Assembly (NCBI GenBank): GCA_034530875.2
Contig: JAVRCJ020000017.1
Coordinates: 32,001 to 96,000 of the forward strand
DNA length: 64,000 nt
Direction: 5' to 3'
Source: Nostoc sp. DedSLP01
Lineage (GTDB): Bacteria; Cyanobacteriota; Cyanobacteriia; Cyanobacteriales; Nostocaceae
Below are positions 9,801 through 18,668 of the stretch, in pieces; the first letter of the stretch is position 1, and each line of letters opens with the position of its first letter. The position numbers and the translations under genes were made by a program. The notes beneath the pieces are model-generated. The model did not search any database. It was not told where the DNA came from and saw only the letters and a list, made by a program, of their open reading frames with translations.

Positions 9801-10175
9801 GTTATTTCCTGCTTCCATCAGTTTTAATTCGTCGAGACTCCACCCTGCTTCTCGATACTCTCCTTTGAGAATAGATGTAACATCCAAACTAAACAGAGGA
9901 CAAAAATAAGATTTTTTATTGTCTACATCAATAAATTGGGGAAAAGACAACGCCCATAAAGTTTCCTGTTGACTTTGTTGCTCTTTGGCAACTTTTTGTT
10001 GCAGTTCTAAAAAAATGGTTGGTTCAATGAATACATGGTCACTTACTAGCTTTATACCACGCTGTTTTACTGTATCTTGACTAGCTGCTTCAATCCTAGC
10101 GTTACTGTAATCATCCAAAGCAATGTAATCGAACCAAGCATTGAGAATTGCATCTACTTTGCTAGCTGCGTTCAA
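6804..10175 (-). CDS. SF1 (DNA2/NAM7/Upf1-like) helicase with a coiled-coil insert and C-terminal PLD-like domain
   Basis: QGPPGSGKTT, IVDEAG, VGDPLQ, HYRC, GVISPF, TIHTFQGSEK and NVAVSRAK. The C-terminus has IVTPWI and TNEKILVCD...GSWNW. TTG start with a GGAGG RBS. Confidence 0.88.
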   Translation of the reverse strand: MNAASKVDAILNAWFDYIALDDYSNARIEAASQDTVKQRGIKLVSDHVFIEPTIFLELQQKVAKEQQSQQETLWALSFPQFIDVDNKKSYFCPLFSLDVTSILKGEYREAGWSLDELKLMEAGNNLATFLGLDDEQRERLITQDGLRRFLETTFGQEFQTYEEWMRNVSIPRSRYQIQRQPYLFAFTGAIYSRNLKQDLKEIKSGSKNWLKPKHPAYEYLFGVPRLPEHEVTYMGAFPTNVPTNSQSTALKHAQTEPITAVQGPPGSGKTTLILHLIAQQVVQRALRLIESNQDINNLTVISSTNNKAVENVIEKLDDWLKDESLEHDFLYLKGGSKFNIQSPGGALEDLQQALDYLQINRFDQTYLNTLIQKIKQIKNELEFEESNFLEERRQRTLDEERLTQLVEKIQALEQYLEEILTAKSNSQRRARQLSDYDQLPVEAYRQLEVILNTAKMRLPEGKISWWKKILLWFSGRTEKQIVTKTAEACQPAILNTVNTIFPVKVIETRNDLIQQAWLVSERLTKADELKTIQNRLKELSGDIASTEQQRDKASRELTFLENRLATPLEDFYAYFHQNFHNQQQELFELSRKFLTQQALCYKERVKGSLELYSNVLAGGNWKDKKKMAENLNEHIKNVSLFFPVITSTLLSIRNILPWVEECVDRTIVDEAGMIDLHKTFPLLVRSRKAIIVGDPLQIEPVITLSNQRRDEYRQTAFLDTGLTEIDYHRYSPEEEYSATTYHRAAGASGEDNDQGQGICLIEHYRCQPSIIEYCNAIAKYGLEVKTPPVTSLVNSNLVAYHVEGSISRNVNEEEVSAVGDVIQHLQKQGYSLQNIGVISPFNVHARALREYLTQKFSGLDAKSVGTIHTFQGSEKKVIILSTKVCGTQDNVNWINNRPNLLNVAVSRAKELFILVGNLYRLEKGKLTRQLVEHIREYGDILDYKSEAEIPQPQPGATLIYDCDHLKVFRDAIEQAEEELAIVTPWIRDDESKRFVNDIVSALEKGVKVRLIYGSKSSEENDGNDVEIEKNLEELFCQYPGSYLNRLGKKTFIESRGTNEKILVCDTKFAIVGSWNWLSHPYRKQCSRSLINSKVQIRRETSIQVSDSLSIEDIKARIIQLITP

Positions 10176-10318
10176 AATTACCTCCAGGTTGCGCTACTGG
10201 TTTGAGTTTTCTATGTATTATTACTAGTTAACTGGGATACTAAAAAAAATTACGCTGAAATATATACTTTTTTTAGACATGGGTAGTCATCACTCATTCT
10301 TCTATTCTTTTGCACCAG

Positions 10319-11302
10319 TTATTTGTTGTAATTACCACCAATATGAATATCACCAGCTTTCTCAATATTTGTAATGTTATTTGCCACTTGCTTACCTATG
10401 AATTGACCAATTTTGTAAATCTTTTGCGTTGCTTCATCTTTGGCTTCATCCCATCCTTTATCAGGTAAACCTTTGCCGCCCCGAAGTTTAGCAATTACAA
10501 AATCTCCTGCATCCATATCAAAATGCGGAGTTTGTTCGGCATTACACAGCTTACGCGCACTTTCAGGTACAGTTTTTCCCAAATAATTCATTAAATTAGA
10601 AACCCGAACTTCTGTATCTCCAGGCTGATTCCCAGCACCTTGCAAAGCTTCCAAAAAATGATAAGTATAGATGCTACTTGATTCATCTTTTATCCAAGAT
10701 TTTTGCTCAGCTTTTGAAGAAGTAAAAACTACTCTCCCTTCACCTTGTTTTAAATCATCAATTAAAACTTTAGATGGAGCAACTCTAATAAAATCTTCAA
10801 ATTCTTGTTCTAGTTCTAAATCAGCCTCTTTAGAAGTTGCCATCCCAGCAGCATGACAACTATCAATCACAACCAATAAACGTTCTGCCTTTATTTGTCG
10901 TAATGCATCTGTGAAAGTTTCTGCCGCTAGTGCAGAAGTAACAATTTGATTAGGCTTAATATCATGTTGTGCTAAATAATAATGTTGTGTTTTTTTATCT
11001 AAAAACCCATGCCCTGAGTAGTAAACAAACACAGTAGCATTGCGATCGCTAGCTGATTTTTCTTTTAACCAGTTTAATTCATCTAAAATTCCCTTCTTAG
11101 TTGCACCTTGATTATTTAAAACTCGAATATGCTCTTTATCATTAGGATAAGCACATAATTCAGTATCAATTAAAGCAGTATAAATTGCCTGAGTATCTTT
11201 TACGGTTACTGGGAGTGACAATGAACTATAACGTGACTCGCCGACACCAATTAATAATGCATAACCGTGAGTAAATGTATTGGTCACTTTTATATCAGCC
11301 AA
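10319..11302 (-). CDS. caspase-like (peptidase C14) protease with a short C-terminal RHIM-like tail
   Basis: YALLIGVG, catalytic dyad YYSGHG / IDSCHA, and SIYTYHFLEALQG. Ends NNITNIEKAGDIHIGGNYNK. Confidence 0.88.
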   Translation of the reverse strand: MADIKVTNTFTHGYALLIGVGESRYSSLSLPVTVKDTQAIYTALIDTELCAYPNDKEHIRVLNNQGATKKGILDELNWLKEKSASDRNATVFVYYSGHGFLDKKTQHYYLAQHDIKPNQIVTSALAAETFTDALRQIKAERLLVVIDSCHAAGMATSKEADLELEQEFEDFIRVAPSKVLIDDLKQGEGRVVFTSSKAEQKSWIKDESSSIYTYHFLEALQGAGNQPGDTEVRVSNLMNYLGKTVPESARKLCNAEQTPHFDMDAGDFVIAKLRGGKGLPDKGWDEAKDEATQKIYKIGQFIGKQVANNITNIEKAGDIHIGGNYNK

Positions 11303-11342
11303 TTAAATGAATTCTACTTAAGTAATTATACAGGCAATATTT

Positions 11343-11999
11343 TTATCTATCTAAATTTAACAAAGTGTTAACTAAATCACTAGCAATGACAACATAAACA
11401 CCATTAACGTGATTGCTAGCAATATCTACATTACCCTTGGTAAAGCAAAGCAGTGCAGTCACCCACCGCGCATTTTTTAAATGTTTTACTTCTTTAGCTT
11501 GGCCTTTAACTTTGCTAATTAAATCGCCTTCGTTAAAATCAAAAGTACTTTTGCCGTAGCGTTTACGCAGACAATTATTTTCATAAACTTTAGTACCACC
11601 GTGAGACTTGACGTCAACTACATACCAGTTGCCTTGAGGTGAATGCAACACTACATCTGCATCTCCCCATCTCTGAATTCGGAGGTTATATTCTATTTGC
11701 CATCCTTGATGTTGCAAGGGACGTAGTAATGTCGCTACTTCAGTTTCAGCCTTAGCACCACGTTGAGCATCACCTGCTCTTTTCATTAAATATTGTCCTT
11801 TACAAAAGGAGTAGCACGAACCTACTAATCCCCCAAGCAAGAGCAACATTCCCACAAAAGAAGTACTTAAAATACTGAATAATAGTACTGTTCCCGTCAA
11901 AACAACTATTGCAAAAGCATAACTGAGCATCGCAGACTGGCGACGTTCTTTAAACAATTTACGGATTTGTTCTCCCGGATGTTTTTTTCGTCGTGGCAA
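11343..11999 (-). CDS. NERD (nuclease-related domain) protein with two N-terminal hydrophobic helices
   Basis: Two TM-like segments, then GAKAETEV, GDADVV and VVDVKSH (PD-(D/E)xK-type NERD pattern). Confidence 0.8.
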   Translation of the reverse strand: MPRRKKHPGEQIRKLFKERRQSAMLSYAFAIVVLTGTVLLFSILSTSFVGMLLLLGGLVGSCYSFCKGQYLMKRAGDAQRGAKAETEVATLLRPLQHQGWQIEYNLRIQRWGDADVVLHSPQGNWYVVDVKSHGGTKVYENNCLRKRYGKSTFDFNEGDLISKVKGQAKEVKHLKNARWVTALLCFTKGNVDIASNHVNGVYVVIASDLVNTLLNLDR

Positions 12000-12213
12000 G
12001 TTATGTAAATACTGAAACTATGAAAATAGAGGATACCATAAGGTTCGCAATTTCCAATCCTAACCAGTCACACATCGCAGATGCATATATTATTGTGTAC
12101 TTTCAGCAGTGAAAAAACTGAGAAACAATGCAAAAGTTAAAATTACTGACATCTACATCAAAACTACTGTTAAAATCCAAATAATTTTCAGTTAAAACTC
12201 CTACTCGACTCCT

Positions 12214-14100
12214 ATGAGAGAAACTGTCCTAGAGGTTCGCAATCTACAAGTTGAATTTCCCGGTGATGGCAATATCGTCAAAGCTCTGGATGGTATTTCC
12301 TTTGAATTGCGTCGAGGTGAGACTCTAGGAATAGTAGGAGAGTCAGGAAGCGGAAAATCAGTGACATCCTTGGCGGTAATGGGTTTGTTGCAGGCTCCTG
12401 GTAGAGTAGCTGGCGGTGAAATTTGGTTTCGTCCTCAAGAGAACGCCAACCCCATCGATTTGGTAAAACTGTCGCCAGAGGAAATGCAGTTACATCGTGG
12501 TGGCGACATCGCCATGATTTTCCAAGAACCGATGAGTTCGCTCAATCCAGTTTATGACATTGGGTTTCAGCTAACAGAAGCGATAATGCGGCATCAAAAC
12601 GTTTCAGCCGCCGAAGCAAAACAAATTGCGATCGCAGGTCTGCAAGAGGTCAAACTATTACCTAGCGATGAAGAACTCCAGCAGCAATTTATCGAAACTT
12701 GGCATCAAAACAACGCCAACTCATCGAAACCAGATACGCAAAAGTTGGCACAGTTGGTTAAAGAACACAAAGAAGCGATGCTAAAACGCTACCCACATGA
12801 ACTTTCTGGAGGTCAGTTGCAGCGGGTAATGATTGCAATGGCGATTTCCTGCAACCCATTAATATTAATTGCCGACGAACCAACCACAGCCTTAGACGTG
12901 ACGGTGCAAGCAACAATTTTAGAGTTGTTGCGAGAATTGCAGCAAAAGCGTGACATGGCCATGATTTTCATTACTCACGACTTGGGACTAATTTCGGAAA
13001 TTGCCGACCAAGTAGCAGTAATGTATAAAGGCAAAGTTGTAGAATCTGGCGCTTCTAACCAAATTTTTAGCAATCCCCAACATCCATATACTAAAGGTTT
13101 AATAGCCTGTCGCCCCACACTCGAGCGCCGTCCCCAAAAATTACTCACTGTTTCCGACTACATGAACGCACAAGAAACAGAAACGGGACAACTAATAATT
13201 CAGGAGAAACAACCCGCACAACCTCCACTAGTGACTAGCCAAGAGATTTCTGCAAGATTGGCAAACTTAAATGAGAAGGAACCCTTGCTAGAAGTTCGCA
13301 ACTTAAAAGTTGGTTTTCCAGTACGCGGGGTATTTGGTGGAACAAAACGCTACAGTATGGCAGTTAATGGCGTTTCGTTTAATGTCAAACCAGGCGAAAC
13401 AGTGGGATTGGTGGGAGAATCTGGTTGCGGTAAAACCACCCTTGGTCGAACCTTGCTGCGATTAATTGAACCGATGGGCGGTCAAATTATCTTTGAAAAA
13501 CAAGATATTACCAACCTCAAAGGAGAACGGTTACAAAAACTGCGGCGGGAAATGCAAATAGTCTTCCAAAATCCTTTTAGTTCCCTTGACCCACGGATGA
13601 AGGTTGGGGACGCAGTGATGGAACCATTGTTAATTCACGCTGTTGGTAAGACAAAACAACAACGCCGCCAACGCGTAGCCGAACTTTTAGAACGGGTAGG
13701 TTTAAGCGCTGATGCAATGAACCGCTATCCTCACCAGTTTTCTGGCGGTCAACGCCAGCGGATTTGTATAGCGCGTTCTTTGGCATTAAATCCCAAATTT
13801 ATTATTTGCGACGAATCAGTTTCAGCTTTGGATGTGTCGGTACAAGCGCAGGTGTTAAATCTGCTGAAAGAATTACAGTCAGATTTTCAGTTGACTTATA
13901 TTTTTATTTCTCACGATTTGAGTGTAGTGAAATTTATGAGCGATCGCATTTTAGTCATGAATCGCGGTCAAATTGTCGAAGAAGGCACAGCCGAAAGCAT
14001 TTACCAAGAACCAAAACAAGAATATACACAAAAATTAATTGCCGCAATTCCTACGGGTAGTCCCGAACGCGTGCGAAATCGCCAACTTAAGGCGTCATAA
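12214..14100 (+). CDS. peptide/nickel ABC transporter ATP-binding protein (fused DppD/DppF type)
   Basis: Two ATPase domains: GESGSGKS / YPHELSGG / DEPTTALD and GESGCGKT / YPHQFSGG / DESVSALD. Confidence 0.92.
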   Translation: MRETVLEVRNLQVEFPGDGNIVKALDGISFELRRGETLGIVGESGSGKSVTSLAVMGLLQAPGRVAGGEIWFRPQENANPIDLVKLSPEEMQLHRGGDIAMIFQEPMSSLNPVYDIGFQLTEAIMRHQNVSAAEAKQIAIAGLQEVKLLPSDEELQQQFIETWHQNNANSSKPDTQKLAQLVKEHKEAMLKRYPHELSGGQLQRVMIAMAISCNPLILIADEPTTALDVTVQATILELLRELQQKRDMAMIFITHDLGLISEIADQVAVMYKGKVVESGASNQIFSNPQHPYTKGLIACRPTLERRPQKLLTVSDYMNAQETETGQLIIQEKQPAQPPLVTSQEISARLANLNEKEPLLEVRNLKVGFPVRGVFGGTKRYSMAVNGVSFNVKPGETVGLVGESGCGKTTLGRTLLRLIEPMGGQIIFEKQDITNLKGERLQKLRREMQIVFQNPFSSLDPRMKVGDAVMEPLLIHAVGKTKQQRRQRVAELLERVGLSADAMNRYPHQFSGGQRQRICIARSLALNPKFIICDESVSALDVSVQAQVLNLLKELQSDFQLTYIFISHDLSVVKFMSDRILVMNRGQIVEEGTAESIYQEPKQEYTQKLIAAIPTGSPERVRNRQLKAS

Positions 14101-14101
14101 A

Positions 14102-14205
14102 CAATTCGCAATTCGCAATGACGCTCCTTCTCTGCGAGACGCTACGCGTAGCTTGTTTCTCCGTAGGAGTACGTCGCTAACGCTGCGCTAACGCAATTCG
14201 CAATT
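14102..14205. repeat. nested small dispersed repeats embedded in CAATTCG heptamers
   Basis: caattcg units at both ends enclose cttctctgcgagacgctacgcg, gcgtagcttgtttctccgtaggagta and cgctaacg x2. Confidence 0.6.
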
Positions 14206-14218
14206 ACATTAGTTATTT

Positions 14219-14992
14219 ATGAATAATATTTTGAGAAGCAATAATTGGAATACTTCGCTTTATGAAGATAAACACGCCTTTGTTTGGGAATATGGCGAAG
14301 ATTTATTGCAATTACTCAATCCTCAGCCAAAAGAATTAATTTTAGATCTCGGCTGTGGTACCGGACAGTTGACCGAAAAAATTGCCCAAACTGGTGCTGA
14401 AGTATGGGGAATTGATAGCGCACCCACAATGATAGAAAAGGCAAGAGAAAACTATCCTCATATCCGGTTTGATGTTGCCGATGCAACAAATTTTCAAGTT
14501 GAACAGCCCTTTGATGCTGTGTTTTCTAACGCTGTGCTGCATTGGGTGAAACAAGCGGATAATGCCATTGGTTGTATCTATCAGGCTCTAAAACCTGGAG
14601 GGCGTTTTGTGGCAGAATTTGGTGGTAAGGGAAATGTAAAAGCGATCGCCATAGCTTTATCCAATGCTTTAGAAGCAATTAATATACCAGTAAAAGACCG
14701 AAACCCTTGGTATTTCCCCAGCATTGGCGAGTATGCCACCTTATTAGAACAGCAAGGCTTTGATGTTATCTATAGCGTCCTATTTTCTCGTCCAACTCCC
14801 TTAGTAGAGGGAGAAGCAGGTATGGCAAATTGGATTAAGATGTTCGCCAGCAGTTTTTTAACAGGACTATCTGACGAGCAACAAATACAAGTAATTCGCG
14901 TCGTGGAAGAATATCTTAAGCCAACACTTTATCAACAAGGAAATTGGACAGCAGATTATCGAAGAATTCGCATCGTTGCAATTAAACTGTAG
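14219..14992 (+). CDS. class I SAM-dependent methyltransferase (Tam-like)
   Basis: ILDLGCGTG, FDAVFSNAVLHW and LKPGGRFV. Confidence 0.9.
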   Translation: MNNILRSNNWNTSLYEDKHAFVWEYGEDLLQLLNPQPKELILDLGCGTGQLTEKIAQTGAEVWGIDSAPTMIEKARENYPHIRFDVADATNFQVEQPFDAVFSNAVLHWVKQADNAIGCIYQALKPGGRFVAEFGGKGNVKAIAIALSNALEAINIPVKDRNPWYFPSIGEYATLLEQQGFDVIYSVLFSRPTPLVEGEAGMANWIKMFASSFLTGLSDEQQIQVIRVVEEYLKPTLYQQGNWTADYRRIRIVAIKL

Positions 14993-15176
14993 ATTGTGCG
15001 AATTTTAACTAAAATTAGGGTGTAGGGAAAGGAAGCAAAGAATAATATTTTTATATACGCTGACTCAAAATTAATAAAGGTGTAATGCTTTACCAAAATC
15101 TATGGTTTGTAACCCTTAGAAATTACCCTACACCCTTGAGTTTGGCTTGTTTTTTAATTACGAATTAATATCAGTT

Positions 15177-15734
15177 ATGAATATACCTAAATTTTGTGTA
15201 GACTTGAAGCGGCTTATCCTAAGGCATCGCCAGACATCATTTGTATTACTAACAACCATTAGCCTCACAAGTTTATTAGTTCCACCCTCACTAGCACAAA
15301 CACTCTCCATACCATCGCCTTCTAGTGCACCTTTAGAACTAGATTTATTGTCGAAGCAAACAGGCAATATAATCACAGCTACCACCATCAACCTATCACA
15401 ATTAACCGTTCCTAGCCTATGGTGGGCACAACAAAATGCTGAGAAAAAGCTATTAGATAATTGGATAGCATATCCAGCTGTTGAAAAAGAACCTGCCCGA
15501 GTTGATTTGATAGTCAATCAGCAGATTTGGAGCTTATTAGATTATGTACAGCGCTATGATTTTGTGAATCGTTTAGGTAGCACTGCCCGTAACTTTGGTT
15601 ACAATGTTCGCGTATTCAATTATCAAAAAGAATCACTAGCAACCTACACTTGTAACTTTAGTATTAGTCCAGCTTTATGCAGTATCCAAATGGCTAGTCA
15701 GAACAAGATAGGATTAGGGCGTTCTTTGGAATAA
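15177..15734 (+). CDS. hypothetical exported protein
   Basis: Open ORF with a hydrophobic signal-like N-terminus. Start uncertain (TTG 15147 or ATG 15177). Confidence 0.65.
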   Translation: MNIPKFCVDLKRLILRHRQTSFVLLTTISLTSLLVPPSLAQTLSIPSPSSAPLELDLLSKQTGNIITATTINLSQLTVPSLWWAQQNAEKKLLDNWIAYPAVEKEPARVDLIVNQQIWSLLDYVQRYDFVNRLGSTARNFGYNVRVFNYQKESLATYTCNFSISPALCSIQMASQNKIGLGRSLE

Positions 15735-15784
15735 GTCGAGAGTGAAGATTGTCTAGGCTTTCTAGCAATGAATGATATTAAAGT

Positions 15785-16465
15785 ATGCTCCGACAAATTT
15801 ATCATTTTTGGTTGCACCATATACATCCTCGTTTAGCTACCTTAATTGCCACAATTGGTATTGTTGGACTTACTACTTGTCTGCTGATTCTTTTTCTTTT
15901 AGCAAAACTTGCTGAAGAGGTTTTGGAGCGAGAAGCCTTCGCATTTGATACAAGTTTTTTGTTATGGCTACATCAATTTGCCAATCCAAATTTAGATAGT
16001 TTAATGCTGTTTATTACAAATCTTGGCAATCCAAGTACTGTGGTTATAGTTGCAACTCTGACTTTCTTATTACTTTGGTGGCAACGTTATCGAGAAGAAG
16101 CGAAAGTTTTTGTATTTGTTTGCTTGGGAGCATTAATTTTAAATACAGAACTAAAGTTATTTTTTTCTAAACCTCGCCCTGAACTGTGGGATCGCTTGAT
16201 TTCTGAAACATCTTTTAGTTTTCCCAGCGGTCATGCACTCGGTTCTATGGTGCTTTATGGTTTTATTGCTTACGAGTTAGCAACTCACTATCCTCAATTT
16301 GCTAAAGTTATTTACACTTTAGTAGTTATTTTAATTGCTGCGATCGGTATCAGCCGCTTATATTTAGGAGTCCATTGGCCTACTGACATAATTGCAGGTT
16401 ATGGAGTTGGTTTTTTGTGGCTAATGATATGTATTACGATGCTTAAATTGCAAAGATTAAGGTAG
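15785..16465 (+). CDS. PAP2-family membrane phosphatase
   Basis: KxxxxxxRP, SFPSGH and SRLYLGVHWPTD motifs. Confidence 0.92.
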   Translation: MLRQIYHFWLHHIHPRLATLIATIGIVGLTTCLLILFLLAKLAEEVLEREAFAFDTSFLLWLHQFANPNLDSLMLFITNLGNPSTVVIVATLTFLLLWWQRYREEAKVFVFVCLGALILNTELKLFFSKPRPELWDRLISETSFSFPSGHALGSMVLYGFIAYELATHYPQFAKVIYTLVVILIAAIGISRLYLGVHWPTDIIAGYGVGFLWLMICITMLKLQRLR

Positions 16466-16529
16466 GAAAAGTGAATTGATTAAATTGCACAATCATTCAT
16501 GCTGTTGACCGTAGACGGTTAACAATAGA

Positions 16530-16663
16530 CCAATACGGTTCAGTTAAGGAATTTATCTGTTCAGGTAAGCAGAGGGAGCAGAGGAGGCAGAGGAGGCAGG
16601 GGGAAAGGAAAATACCAAACCTTTTCCCTTTTCCCTTTTCCCTACTTCTGCAAGAAGTCTAAT
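16530..16663. repeat. MITE-end-like sequences plus purine/pyrimidine tandem repeats
   Basis: caatacggttcagttaag (related copy at 40453), gcagaggag units, (ttttccc)x3 and acttctgcaagaagt palindrome. Confidence 0.45.
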
Positions 16664-16722
16664 GTAGAGGCGGTTTCTAATCCTCTGCTCGCGTGTTGAC
16701 TTTTCCCTGCCTCTTTGCGCGA

Positions 16723-17880
16723 TTAAACCTTAATTTTGGCAAACAAAGATTCGTATTCTTTGGTTGCTGATGGAGATAAGGGAAGTAAAAATTCGCTTTT
16801 ATCTAAAACTGAAGCATCGCTTTGTAATAAACTCCTTAATGGCTTTTGAATTTCAGAAGCAACAATATTTGTAGAAATTGGCGAATTACTTTTGGTGAGT
16901 AGAGAAATTTGCCTGGCGGTGCTTGGTTGCCAACAAAAATTAATCCATTGGTTTGATAAAGTATTTGCTGCCACACCTGCCGGACGCACCCACAAGTCTG
17001 CCCAAATTGCTGTTCCTGATTGAGGAATAACTGCCGCCAATTGCGGATAAGCTCCTAGAATTGGCAATATATCGCTTGACCAACCAACAGCTAGCCAAGT
17101 GTCTCCCATAATTAGAGGTTCTATGTAGTTAACAGAACTGTAGAACTTTACTTGTTGATTTAATGCCTGTAATTCCTTTTCTAAGTCTGATACTTGGTCA
17201 AGATTTTCTGTATTGTAAGATTTTCCTAGTTTCTTTAAGACCAAGCCAATAACCTCTCGTGGTTGATTGGGTAGAGAAATACGCTGCTGTAACCCATCTC
17301 GCCACAAATCGCTCCAATCTTGAGGCGTCCATCCCAATTCTCGCAGCTTGTCACGATTATAAATAATCGCTGTGCTACCCCAGCGATAAGGCGCACCCCA
17401 AACTTTTCCTTGAGGATCTAGATTACCTTGGTCGTTGCGCGTTACTAATTTTCTCCACCTTTCATCCAAAACAGACCACTGCTTTAATTGGTTTCCTTGT
17501 AACTCTTGGAGTGATTGAATCAATTTCTGCTCGATAGCTGCTTTTAGCCAATAATCTCCCAATGTGACTAAATCCGCTGTAGCTGCTTTTGAGTCTTGCC
17601 TAAAAGGAATAAACCGAGTCCATCCTTGTTCGTCTGTAGCTTTTGACTTCTGCTGCCAATCTTTTAATTGACCGAATAATTCCTGTATCTGTGCCACAGG
17701 AGCAAACTTCAATTCCACTTTTTGCTGCAAACCTTTGTGGAATTCGTTAACTACCTGCCCTGGTATAGAGCCTTTTAATAACTGTACTTTTAGTTGAGCT
17801 TGGTTGTTTCCACTACAGCCAAAAAGCAGCTGTGAAACTGTCAGTGTACTTGTACTTAGTAAGAAAGACCGTCGATCCAT
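16723..17880 (-). CDS. extracellular solute-binding lipoprotein (PotD/polyamine-like)
   Basis: Twin-arginine MDRRSFLL, lipobox LFGC, PYRWGST and AIWADLWVRP. Confidence 0.8.
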   Translation of the reverse strand: MDRRSFLLSTSTLTVSQLLFGCSGNNQAQLKVQLLKGSIPGQVVNEFHKGLQQKVELKFAPVAQIQELFGQLKDWQQKSKATDEQGWTRFIPFRQDSKAATADLVTLGDYWLKAAIEQKLIQSLQELQGNQLKQWSVLDERWRKLVTRNDQGNLDPQGKVWGAPYRWGSTAIIYNRDKLRELGWTPQDWSDLWRDGLQQRISLPNQPREVIGLVLKKLGKSYNTENLDQVSDLEKELQALNQQVKFYSSVNYIEPLIMGDTWLAVGWSSDILPILGAYPQLAAVIPQSGTAIWADLWVRPAGVAANTLSNQWINFCWQPSTARQISLLTKSNSPISTNIVASEIQKPLRSLLQSDASVLDKSEFLLPLSPSATKEYESLFAKIKV

Positions 17881-18235
17881 TGATTTTGGATTTAAGATTT
17901 TTAATTTATACCTATATTAAGCAGAGATTCACACAAATTGGCTGTCTGAAAAGTTATAGTTAGAAAATTTCAGCATTTTTTGTTGGTAATGACGATAAAT
18001 CTGAACATTTACCTCAATTTAGCTAGCTTTTATGCAAATGGCTACATCAAGATTAAATTATCTCAATAATTTTGCTGGCTAGTACTGATGCTAAATCTTT
18101 ACTTAATATTTAGAAGTAATGATTTAAATGTCACATTGCCACAAAAAATATGAATACTTAAATAAATCATAAGTATAGTTAAGATTGACAGTAAATTGAA
18201 TAACATAGAAAAAAATATGCCAATGAGGGTAATGA

Positions 18236-18610
18236 ATGGAGCCATTACAAAAGCAAATCCTGATTTTGAGTCAAAAACTGGATGCCCTCTGCCAAGTCAT
18301 TGAGCAACTTGACATTAAAGTAGCTCAAACTTATTCAGAGTGTTCTTTAGCGAATACACAAGCAAAAGAAAATTATCAAGAAAATAGCGGGTTTGGAGGT
18401 AACCAGTTAAAAGGACGTATTAGTTCAAATTCAGAAATGGAACACAAAGACGTCTTAACAGATGGCGCTTATATAGACATGCATCGTCAAGGTGGAGATA
18501 ATAACTTAACACCAGAAATTCAAATACAACGACTAACAGCGCAATTAACAGCAGCTTACAATCGTATTGCTGCCTTAGAAGAACAATTACTTAGAGAAAG
18601 AATTCATTAA
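18236..18610 (+). CDS. hypothetical coiled-coil protein
   Basis: Clean ORF with C-terminal LTPEIQIQRLTAQLTAAYNRIAALEEQLL, recognised as a conserved cyanobacterial motif. Confidence 0.75.
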   Translation: MEPLQKQILILSQKLDALCQVIEQLDIKVAQTYSECSLANTQAKENYQENSGFGGNQLKGRISSNSEMEHKDVLTDGAYIDMHRQGGDNNLTPEIQIQRLTAQLTAAYNRIAALEEQLLRERIH

Positions 18611-18639
18611 TTGAGTCAATATTCATGAGTTCAACTATT

Positions 18640-18665
18640 AACCGGAACTTAAAAAGTTTCCGGTT
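18640..18665. terminator. hairpin between convergent genes
   Basis: aaccggaactt...aagtttccggtt imperfect inverted repeat. Confidence 0.45.
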
Positions 18666-18668
18666 TTG

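Noticed and set aside
5585..11999. HIP1 depletion as evidence of foreign origin for the cluster
   Set aside because: At least three GCGATCGC sites are present (~5757, ~8117, ~11042). Depletion cannot be claimed without a genome-wide count.
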